Source: a virus. Taken from it: a stretch of 46,194 nucleotides of DNA. Below, piece by piece: positions 15,069-21,838 of the stretch. Under the pieces are notes generated by a model, which saw nothing but the letters and a program-made list of their open reading frames with translations, ran no database searches and was not told the origin of the DNA. Where the stretch lies: the IMG/VR virus record IMGVR_UViG_3300045988_132972. One strand, 5' to 3'. Numbering within the stretch: position 1 is the first letter of the stretch; each line of letters starts with the position of its first letter. Made by a program: the position numbers and the translations under genes.

Positions 15069-15301
15069 GATTGATTGATGCGGATAAACTGAATTTTTCA
15101 GAACAACATTACAATAAAAGCCAGATGAAAGCGATTCTTGATTTTATTGATAATCAGCCAACAGCCTATGATGTTAATAAGGTTGTGAAACAATTAAAAG
15201 AAAGAAGCAAAGAGTTTAATTCTGGTTTGAGGTTGCATGGAAAACCGGAAAATATGCGTACTGAAGAAGCAATCGAGATAGTAAAGGCAGGTGGTTTATA
15301 A
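15065..15301 (+). CDS. Hypothetical protein (78 aa)
   Basis: ORF track. SD TAGGAGGG. Confidence 0.7.
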   Translation: MRLIDADKLNFSEQHYNKSQMKAILDFIDNQPTAYDVNKVVKQLKERSKEFNSGLRLHGKPENMRTEEAIEIVKAGGL

Positions 15302-15726
15302 TGCTAACATTGCCAATTCAGAAGAAATGGTATGATATGATTCTTTCAGGTGAGAAGAAAGAAGAGTATCGGGAAATAAAACAATATTACGAAACAAGAT
15401 TCCGGAATCTGTTCGGAGCCTTAACCATATATCCGTCAAGCATTTTTTCAAATAGAAGTAAATATGAGTTATTGCAAGGCGAGGAAGTACCAGAGGAGAT
15501 GAGGAAAGACAGGGTTCAGGAGATTATTTTTCGTAATGGTTATTCCAAGAATTCTAAAGCAATAAAAGCAAGATGTAGATTATGGATAGGAAAAGGTAGA
15601 CCAAAGTGGGGAGCTGAACCAGATAAACAGTACTATGTTTTAGAAATCCTGAGTGTTGAAAAACTGGCAGCAGACCAAAATGTTTTACATAAGGAAGGTG
15701 ATTCATGTGGACCGGATATTAAATAA
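15301..15726 (+). CDS. ASCH-domain protein
   Basis: IQKKWYDMILSGEKKEEYREIK matches the ASCH N-terminal pattern. Confidence 0.65.
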   Translation: MLTLPIQKKWYDMILSGEKKEEYREIKQYYETRFRNLFGALTIYPSSIFSNRSKYELLQGEEVPEEMRKDRVQEIIFRNGYSKNSKAIKARCRLWIGKGRPKWGAEPDKQYYVLEILSVEKLAADQNVLHKEGDSCGPDIK

Positions 15727-15994
15727 ATGCCCTAAGTGTGGCAGCAAGTTACAATTCAGTAATTTAATGCAATTTACGCGGGACTACACAATTAAGAGGA
15801 ATGGCAGGTTATCCGTAAAAAGCACTAGATCTGATGATTGCCCTATGGACGCATCATTTGTTGCGTACATCTCATGCGACTTTGTTACAAATTGTGACGG
15901 AGAATATAAAGATTATGAGAGAAGAATACAAGTATATAGCCAAGATGGCGTAATGATGTATGACGAAAAATTTTTTGATAGGAGAACAGAATGA
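15707..15994 (+). CDS. Zinc-ribbon protein (95 aa)
   Basis: The GTG at 15707 lies after AAGGAAGG. Contains the CPKCGS motif. Confidence 0.55.
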   Translation: MDRILNKCPKCGSKLQFSNLMQFTRDYTIKRNGRLSVKSTRSDDCPMDASFVAYISCDFVTNCDGEYKDYERRIQVYSQDGVMMYDEKFFDRRTE

Positions 15995-16284
15995 GCAGAA
16001 TATATATTAGTGGACCTATAACAAATGTTGACCATTACATGGAAAGATTTTGTGATGCAGAGAAACGATTAAGAGAGCAGGGATACAGCGTAATGAATCC
16101 GGCCAGAATATTGAAATGCATGCCTCCTGATACCACATATAAGGAATTCATGCAAATGTCAATTACTATGTTAAAAATGTGTGATCAAATATATATGCTT
16201 AAAGGCTGGGAAAAGTCATGCGGTGCAAATCAGGAATATGGATACGCGCTGGCATGTGACATGATTATAGAGAGAGAGGTGTAA
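15991..16284 (+). CDS. DUF4406 / nucleoside 2-deoxyribosyltransferase-like protein
   Basis: MSRIYISGPITNVDHY..F..AEKRLREQGYSVMNPA matches the IYISGPMTG...F..A...L...G..V.NP pattern. Confidence 0.65.
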   Translation: MSRIYISGPITNVDHYMERFCDAEKRLREQGYSVMNPARILKCMPPDTTYKEFMQMSITMLKMCDQIYMLKGWEKSCGANQEYGYALACDMIIEREV

Positions 16285-16286
16285 GT

Positions 16287-16631
16287 GTGGAAGGACCATT
16301 TAATGACAGAGAATATATGCTGCTCCGTTCTGCAATTGCAAGGGAACAGGAAGCGTGTTCAACAGTTGAAGAGGAAGGAGAACTGACAGCCATTCTTAAA
16401 GACATAGAAGACAAGATATATTATATGCAGCACCCTGATGAAAAGGTTGCTGTGTGCGCAATACAAGGTTTTGCCACAGACTGCAGTCTGGCCATATCGG
16501 AAGAAATTGTTAATGTGCAGAATAATGCTGAAATAGCAGAGAATGCAAGAACGGGATACAGATTTGGGCTGGGAGTAGCCAGGAGCATTGTAAGAAAACT
16601 TGAAGAAAAGGCAACAAAGCGCAGGGAGTAA
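16287..16631 (+). CDS. Hypothetical protein (114 aa)
   Basis: ORF track, GTG start. Confidence 0.6.
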   Translation: MEGPFNDREYMLLRSAIAREQEACSTVEEEGELTAILKDIEDKIYYMQHPDEKVAVCAIQGFATDCSLAISEEIVNVQNNAEIAENARTGYRFGLGVARSIVRKLEEKATKRRE

Positions 16632-16634
16632 AGT

Positions 16635-16925
16635 ATGATAGACGAAAAATTTACAAGAGAATGTGCAGATGTATATTGTATAGCATTTGAGCAGGCACGC
16701 AAGCGGTGCAATAATGATGTTTTATCTATGCAGGCAGCACAGACAGTTTTACAGGTTCATGTTGCGGTCCACTGTAAGCCAGAAGAAAGACAGATAAAAG
16801 CTGCAGAAGAAGTTGCAGAACGCAGGGCAGAAGAAAAAATTTTGAAGAGCATGCAAAAACAATATAAGAAGATGCAGGAGGAAAAAGTTGAACAGGACAA
16901 GAAAAGTAAAGGAGAGACGGAATGA
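16635..16925 (+). CDS. Hypothetical protein (96 aa), Lys/Glu-rich C-terminus
   Basis: ORF track. SD GGGAG. Confidence 0.65.
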   Translation: MIDEKFTRECADVYCIAFEQARKRCNNDVLSMQAAQTVLQVHVAVHCKPEERQIKAAEEVAERRAEEKILKSMQKQYKKMQEEKVEQDKKSKGETE

Positions 16926-17088
16926 GTTTGCAGGCGTTCCAACCCTGACAATATGCCAGAGCATCCAACTACTAATCAACGAACTGGCTGAGAGAGATAT
17001 TTACATAAAAGATTTTGACAACAAGGAGAAAAGTCTTAAGCAAATACAGTATATAGGCGGTAAATTGTATTACCTGTCAGAAGAATAG
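16888..17088 (+). CDS. Hypothetical protein (66 aa)
   Basis: The TTG start lies 8 nt after AGGAGG. It overlaps the upstream gene by 38 nt. Confidence 0.5.
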   Translation: MNRTRKVKERRNEFAGVPTLTICQSIQLLINELAERDIYIKDFDNKEKSLKQIQYIGGKLYYLSEE

Positions 17089-17096
17089 GAGCAAAT

Positions 17097-17600
17097 ATGG
17101 ATAAGACGAAAGGGCTTTCAGACGAGGCAAGAATCCTTGATGATTTTTTGAAGCAATATAGAGTATGCATTAACAGAAAACGCGCATTAGAAGCAAGAGA
17201 ACAGGACATTATAAGAGAATTTGATATGCCTCTTAATGCACCGGTTAACGATGGAATGCCGAGGGGTTCAGGAGAAAACCTCGGCGCCGCCTCTCTGCCT
17301 TTACAGCTTGATGAAATTCAGACGAGAATCAAAGAGTCAATAAAAGAATGTACTAAGGCATATTTGAAGGTTGATGATGTTATATCTTATCTGGGAGAGA
17401 ATACAACAGAACGAGCTATTTTGGAAAGAAAATACATAGACCGCCAGGGCTGGGCTGATATATGCAAAATGGAAATGTTGTCAAAAACTCCAGCCACTCA
17501 GTATTGGCGTAATGGTTTATATACTTTGTTAGAATTCGCCAGGGTGCAAATGATTGTTATGGAGCATAAAAAGATTATGGAGAAGAGAATATATGGATAA
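17097..17600 (+). CDS. ArpU/RinA/DUF1492-like late-gene transcriptional regulator (sigma region-4-like HTH)
   Basis: The C-terminus ERAILERKYIDRQGWADICKMEMLSKTPATQYWRNGL resembles region-4-type HTH regulators found upstream of Firmicutes phage packaging genes. The gene is the last long one in the early block. Confidence 0.5.
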   Translation: MDKTKGLSDEARILDDFLKQYRVCINRKRALEAREQDIIREFDMPLNAPVNDGMPRGSGENLGAASLPLQLDEIQTRIKESIKECTKAYLKVDDVISYLGENTTERAILERKYIDRQGWADICKMEMLSKTPATQYWRNGLYTLLEFARVQMIVMEHKKIMEKRIYG

Positions 17601-17928
17601 CATGACGATTTGTGAGAAACACAGAGAATATCAACATATTTTTTATCTTGAAAAAATGTTAAAAGAAGCAGGATACCCGTATTTTTTTAATTTTAACCGT
17701 GATTATCCGGATATTATCTGGGGTAAATATGAAATGCAAATCGATATAGAGCAACGCGCAGGATTTAAAAAGCCTATGTTAGAAATTTTTTGCGACGGCG
17801 GGCTATTAAAACTTTGTGACTACAGAGAGAACCAGACGCCGGAAACGGCACAAGGAAAATTTTGTGACGGGCTTACATCTGAAGACTGCATGCAGATCAT
17901 AGAAAAAATTTTTAAAAAACATAAATAG
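17593..17928 (+). CDS. Hypothetical protein (111 aa)
   Basis: The ATG at 17593 lies after GGAGAAGAG, within track ORF 17554..17928. Confidence 0.6.
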   Translation: MDNMTICEKHREYQHIFYLEKMLKEAGYPYFFNFNRDYPDIIWGKYEMQIDIEQRAGFKKPMLEIFCDGGLLKLCDYRENQTPETAQGKFCDGLTSEDCMQIIEKIFKKHK

Positions 17929-18006
17929 CACACCATAGCACCGCACAGAATGTTAATATAATCATGACTGATATGGATATCAAAACTGCACGATTTACCC
18001 TCTTAG

Positions 18007-18036
18007 AGGACGGACTTCAAAAGCCCGTCCTTTTTC
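18007..18036 (+). terminator. Terminator of the early plus-strand block
   Basis: AGGACGG pairs with CCGTCCT, followed by TTTTT. Confidence 0.8.
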
Positions 18037-18059
18037 GTGTTAAAAATTCGGGCTTAACA

Positions 18060-18075
18060 CGCATAAAATCAGAAT
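18060..18075 (+). promoter_or_regulatory. Box CGCATAAAATCAGAAT, copy 2
   Basis: Exact repeat; see 9694 and 18131. Confidence 0.6.
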
Positions 18076-18130
18076 GTGAGAGGGATTTTGTTAATAAAAT
18101 GTGGAAAAGTACAGGGAAATGTTAAGAAAT

Positions 18131-18147
18131 CCGCATAAAATCAGAAT
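18131..18147 (+). promoter_or_regulatory. Box CCGCATAAAATCAGAAT, copy 3
   Basis: Exact repeat 71 nt after copy 2. The flanking sequences are also similar (GAGAGGGATTTTGTT versus GGGGAGATTTTTTGT). Confidence 0.6.
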
Positions 18148-18311
18148 ACGGGGAGATTTTTTGTGACAGGATTTTTGGATAATTTTTTGACTGGGCATGA
18201 CCAGGTAATTGGCAGCAGTTTTTGACAGCCTGGGTACATAGTCGCATGTATGCCGAGATACATGGTCGCATGTCCTGCCTGAAAATAAATAGACACATGG
18301 CAGCGGATAAT

Positions 18312-18333
18312 AAAAAGCCCGCTGGGGCGGGCT
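18312..18333 (-). terminator. Terminator of the minus-strand accessory operon
   Basis: GCCCGC (18317-18322) pairs with GCGGGC (18327-18332). The minus strand continues with TTTTTATTA. Confidence 0.75.
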
Positions 18334-18338
18334 ATATC

Positions 18339-18509
18339 TTATAATTCGTGAAGTTTTTGTGCAAGTTCAGATGTTGCATGTTCTATACTTTCACCGTTGT
18401 TTACGCTTTCATATGCTTCTTTTATCAGCTTTGCTTCCTGTTCATTTACAACAAGCTTCCCGTTTTCCATTTTATACCCCTTAGGGATATTTGATACATT
18501 TTTTGTCAT
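18339..18509 (-). CDS. 56-aa protein resembling the first ~50 residues of a serine-recombinase 'recombinase' domain
   Basis: The ATG at 18509 lies after AGGAGGCAGCC. IPKGYKMENGKLVVNEQEAKLIKEAYESVNNGESIEHATSELAQKL follows the P.GY....g.L.i.e.EA..v..if..y..G.s...ia..L pattern also present in the integrase at 1781..3340. Confidence 0.6.
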   Translation of the reverse strand: MTKNVSNIPKGYKMENGKLVVNEQEAKLIKEAYESVNNGESIEHATSELAQKLHEL

Positions 18510-18568
18510 GGCTGCCTCCTGGTTAAATTTTGTGACACTATTATAATATATAATGTGCATCATGTATA

Positions 18569-18985
18569 TTATAAAAACGACATAAACAACTCATTATCAC
18601 CGGCATAATCAGAAATAAATTTTTCAGCTTCTTCATATGCGCTGCATGTGAACACGGTTTTATATGATGATTTTTCAATGACTTCAATTTTCATGTCGGA
18701 AACTTTTTTGACGCCGTCGCTATCTACAAAAAGCCCGTCGGAATCGTATTCGTTTAATTCAATGTAATATTCATTCACGGCGAAATAAGCACCGCCTGAG
18801 TTGCTTAATTCCTGAATACTCGTTTTATATTTTGAAAGCTCTTTTTCTGCGTCTTCCAGAGTGTCAAATGACTTTATTGTTTCAGGCACTACATCAAGCG
18901 CACCAACAGCACAACCGCAATTAATATTCTTTCTGTCTGCAAACTTAATTTCAACATCTTTTCTTAAAATTTCATACTTTCTCAT
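18569..18985 (-). CDS. Hypothetical acidic protein (138 aa)
   Basis: ORF track. SD AAGGTGA, preceded by a GC hairpin. Confidence 0.7.
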   Translation of the reverse strand: MRKYEILRKDVEIKFADRKNINCGCAVGALDVVPETIKSFDTLEDAEKELSKYKTSIQELSNSGGAYFAVNEYYIELNEYDSDGLFVDSDGVKKVSDMKIEVIEKSSYKTVFTCSAYEEAEKFISDYAGDNELFMSFL

Positions 18986-19031
18986 AACTTTTCACCTTCG
19001 CGCCATCTGGCGCGCCTTTCTTAAAATATTT

Positions 19032-19568
19032 TTATTCCCATGATTTTTTAGCAACATCTTTTTCAAAAACTGCGCTGCTGTGTTCCTTTGCCAGCTCTTC
19101 AAATTTTTTGAATGCCTGGCGCCTTTCTGATCCGGCAAATGTAAGCCGGTCTTTTTCCACTTCGTGGCCGTCCGTAAGATTTACAGAGTAAAATATTATA
19201 TAATACGCAACTTTACCGCCGTATTTTTTGACACGCTGCAATAATATTTTTTCACGGGTTGGGGAAGTAGCAAGATAATTATATCTATTAACAAGCCCCA
19301 TCTTGTAAGCCTTAAGCATTGCAATATTTTTTTCAAGCCTTTGGATATCTGCATCAGCTCTGGCCATGTTCCGCACAACCTCATCACATGTGTATATTTT
19401 TGACGGGTGATTCTCAAAAATATGTATTGTGCGCTCTGCCGGCGATTCAGAATAAGAGCCATATTTTGTGAACAACTCCTTAAATAAATTTTCCTGCCTC
19501 TCCTTTGTGCAGGTGTCCGCATCAGGACACCCACAGCAAGGGATTTTTTTATTACAAATATCTATCAT
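19032..19568 (-). CDS. Hypothetical protein with an N-terminal Cys cluster (178 aa)
   Basis: ORF track. N-terminus CNKKIPCCGCPDADTC. ATGA start/stop overlap with the upstream J-domain gene. Confidence 0.7.
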   Translation of the reverse strand: MIDICNKKIPCCGCPDADTCTKERQENLFKELFTKYGSYSESPAERTIHIFENHPSKIYTCDEVVRNMARADADIQRLEKNIAMLKAYKMGLVNRYNYLATSPTREKILLQRVKKYGGKVAYYIIFYSVNLTDGHEVEKDRLTFAGSERRQAFKKFEELAKEHSSAVFEKDVAKKSWE

Positions 19569-20560
19569 GCGATTCTCACCTCCTTTAATGCTTCGCTTGG
19601 GTCTTCCTTGAAAATAAAGCTATGCGTAAATTTTGAATAGTAGCCGCCCAACTTCTTAATCTCATTGTTAAGCTTTATATAATTGTCACGGCTGAGATTA
19701 TCAAGCCACTTGACAAGATATATTTTTTCGCCGGTCTTTGTGTGTTGTGATTCCTGGACTGTGAAAGCCTCTCCACTTGTGCTTATCTGCTCCGGCTGTT
19801 CTGGAGTAGTTGCAGGTGTTGCGGCTGCACTCTTGATTCTTGCGGTCTTTGGTACAATCTGAACATTGTAACCGTTATCCTGGCAGCAACCGAAATAATA
19901 AAAATTAACATCAAAATAATCAATCTGACCGTCACAGTCGCTGTAATTGTAAGACTTAACAAATGCGTCAACATCATCAACAACCGCCTTTGTTGCCTCG
20001 TTTAATATCCTTGACCAACGGCTAGAAGATGCGTTTATAATCTCTTCTTTCTCTTCTCTTGAAGAATTAAGAAAATTCATAAAAGCGTCATTATCAAAAG
20101 TAAACAACCTCTTACCGATATTGTGGAAGTCCTCTTCTGTCAGGTCCTCAAAATATTTATATATTTCAATCGGGCTTTCTTTAAGGTCAACATGTAATTC
20201 CTGGCACATAGAAGCATAAGCGGTTCTAACACTGAATTTGTATGTTGGATATTGTTCTTTTATATACTTACGAACAATAACAGCTATTTCTTTGAGTGTT
20301 AAATTAGAATCGTAACGGCTGCCTTCCCAACCAAAAGCTGTATAAAAGTTTCTTCTTGTACCCTGGGCGGTCTCTTTCTTCTCCTCTTCTGTAATTGTCT
20401 GGTCCTTATTCTTCCAGATCCTGAATGCGATATCATATTCCTGGTTGATTTCCTGCATTGTTTCAAGATTTCCGCCGTTGTCTGGGTGATTCTTCTTAAG
20501 TAAATCTCTGTAAGTCTCTTTTAATTCCTTGTAGCTCTTTACATTCTTAAAATATCTCAT
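19565..20560 (-). CDS. J-domain (DnaJ-like) protein, 331 aa, with a large non-chaperone C-terminal region
   Basis: YKELKETYRDLLKKNHPDNGGNLETMQEINQEYD carries the HPD tripeptide in a J-domain helix II/III context. The ATG at 20560 lies after ACGGAGG; the track start at 20614 is upstream of the predicted -10. The C-terminus ..NNEIKKLGGYYSKFTHSFIF is a small K.LGG......F module. Confidence 0.8.
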   Translation of the reverse strand: MRYFKNVKSYKELKETYRDLLKKNHPDNGGNLETMQEINQEYDIAFRIWKNKDQTITEEEKKETAQGTRRNFYTAFGWEGSRYDSNLTLKEIAVIVRKYIKEQYPTYKFSVRTAYASMCQELHVDLKESPIEIYKYFEDLTEEDFHNIGKRLFTFDNDAFMNFLNSSREEKEEIINASSSRWSRILNEATKAVVDDVDAFVKSYNYSDCDGQIDYFDVNFYYFGCCQDNGYNVQIVPKTARIKSAAATPATTPEQPEQISTSGEAFTVQESQHTKTGEKIYLVKWLDNLSRDNYIKLNNEIKKLGGYYSKFTHSFIFKEDPSEALKEVRIA

Positions 20561-20602
20561 AATTAATACCTCCGTAAATGAATTTCGTTTATCTTTATCT
20601 GC

Positions 20603-20631
20603 AATATAAACCATTTTAATTTAGTTGTCAA
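20603..20631 (-). promoter_or_regulatory. Promoter of the J-domain operon
   Basis: Minus strand: TTGACA (complement of 20626-20631), 17 nt, TATATT (complement of 20603-20608). Confidence 0.6.
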
Positions 20632-20654
20632 TACATAAAATAAATTATTTTCGT

Positions 20655-20683
20655 TTGACTTTATGCGTAAAATAAATTAATAT
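20655..20683 (+). promoter_or_regulatory. Divergent promoter of the 20716 HTH gene
   Basis: TTGACT (20655-20660), 17 nt, TAATAT (20678-20683). Confidence 0.6.
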
Positions 20684-20715
20684 GGTTTATATTAAGAGAA
20701 AGGGGAACATATAAC

Positions 20716-20958
20716 ATGAATTATAAAATGACATTTGACTACACAGACAACAACCAGATAAAAGATAATTATAAAACACTGCTGAAATCAAAAGGCTTTA
20801 CAATGAAGAGGGCTTCTGAATTAATGGGGCTGTCAACTCCTCAGCAATTAAATAACAAATTTAATAATAAGCGTTTATCATTGGAAGACCTCGCGGCTGC
20901 TCTTGATGCCATAGGCTGTACACTCGAAATATCATTTAAAGAAAAGGCGGGGAATTAA
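20716..20958 (+). CDS. HTH DNA-binding protein (80 aa)
   Basis: LLKSKGFTMKRASELMGLSTPQQLNNKFNNKRLSLEDLAAALDAIGC is a Cro/C1-like HTH. SD AAAGGGGAA. Confidence 0.75.
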   Translation: MNYKMTFDYTDNNQIKDNYKTLLKSKGFTMKRASELMGLSTPQQLNNKFNNKRLSLEDLAAALDAIGCTLEISFKEKAGN

Positions 20959-21188
20959 ATCCCTGCCTCTGTTTCAAATTGTTCTATCTCTTCCCAGGTG
21001 AAACCTAAATTGTGCAATCTGTCCGCCTGATCAGCACAGAAGCAAGAAGCTTCAAAAGAAAAATCTCTTAAAAACAATCTGCAAGCTGTCTTGTAAGACT
21101 CTACAGCATTGGCCTTTATAAATTCGTCAATCTGTTCTTTATTCTTGAAATGCATCCCGTCTATGTAATAACCTTTGTACTGTTTCAT
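20955..21188 (-). CDS. Hypothetical protein (77 aa)
   Basis: The ATG at 21188 lies after GGAGGTGGG, within track ORF 20955..21197. Confidence 0.65.
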   Translation of the reverse strand: MKQYKGYYIDGMHFKNKEQIDEFIKANAVESYKTACRLFLRDFSFEASCFCADQADRLHNLGFTWEEIEQFETEAGI

Positions 21189-21200
21189 AATACCCACCTC

Positions 21201-21368
21201 CTAAAGTGTATTAGCAAATTCTATAACCTGCGCCTCGTTTAAATGATCCTTTACAACCTCATCACCTTTATATAATTCATATTCGTTTTCAATAGTTCCA
21301 AAGAATCCGTCAAACTGGTTATCTATATAATAACCATTATTCTCTAACTTCTTGATTGCGTCTCTCAT
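21201..21368 (-). CDS. Small hypothetical protein (55 aa)
   Basis: Found by hand: MRDAIKKLENNGYYIDNQFDGFFGTIENEYELYKGDEVVKDHLNEAQVIEFANTL. SD AAGGTGA, preceded by a GC hairpin. Confidence 0.55.
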   Translation of the reverse strand: MRDAIKKLENNGYYIDNQFDGFFGTIENEYELYKGDEVVKDHLNEAQVIEFANTL

Positions 21369-21416
21369 ATCTTTTCACCTTAGCCCCTCCGGGCTTCCTT
21401 TCCTGTTGTTGACTAT

Positions 21417-21445
21417 AAAATAATCTAATATTAGAATATTGTCAA
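21417..21445 (-). promoter_or_regulatory. Promoter of the 21368/21188 minus-strand pair, containing the operator TTGACAATATTCTAA
   Basis: Minus strand: TTGACA (complement of 21440-21445), 17 nt, TATTTT. The 15-mer at 21431-21445 is the exact reverse complement of 21763-21777. Confidence 0.55.
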
Positions 21446-21477
21446 GCGTTTTTATTCAAATTTTAGAATAATTTTAA

Positions 21478-21506
21478 TTGACTTTTAAAAATGCATATAA
21501 TACTAT
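21478..21506 (+). promoter_or_regulatory. Promoter of the 21539 HTH gene
   Basis: TTGACT (21478-21483), 17 nt, TACTAT (21501-21506). Confidence 0.45.
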
Positions 21507-21538
21507 TAATACAGAACCAAGAGAAAGGAGACGGCGCA

Positions 21539-21766
21539 ATGATAAAATACAAAGTTGATGTATTCCAGAAACTAAAAGAACACGGCTTCAATCAAGCAAG
21601 AATTCAAGGCGAGAAGCTACTACCGGCGCAGACAGTCCAAAATATAAAAGCAGGCAAAAGCATCACACTAGAAACACTAAATAAAATATGTATTATGTGC
21701 AAGTGCCAGCCTGGGGATATAATCGAAGTAATACCAACAGATCAAGAAAAAATAAAATATTATTGA
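21539..21766 (+). CDS. XRE/Cro-C1-type HTH regulator (75 aa)
   Basis: The ATG at 21539 lies after AAAGGAG. LKEHGFNQARIQGEKLLPAQTVQNIKAGKSITLETLNKICIMCKCQPGDIIE. Confidence 0.8.
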   Translation: MIKYKVDVFQKLKEHGFNQARIQGEKLLPAQTVQNIKAGKSITLETLNKICIMCKCQPGDIIEVIPTDQEKIKYY

Positions 21767-21791
21767 CAATATTCTAAAAATAGAATAATAT
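21763..21791 (+). promoter_or_regulatory. Promoter of the RelE-like operon, containing the operator TTGACAATATTCTAA
   Basis: TTGACA (21763-21768), 17 nt, TAATAT (21786-21791). Confidence 0.6.
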
Positions 21792-21838
21792 GCAATTGCT
21801 GAAAGAAAATAAGCCAATAGGCAGAAAGGAGAAAGCAA

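Noticed and set aside
17964-18125. A 53-codon ATG ORF (MTDMDIKTARF..) spanning the early-block terminator and the first repeat box.
   Set aside because: It has no SD, contains an intrinsic terminator in its middle, and overlaps repeated non-coding boxes.
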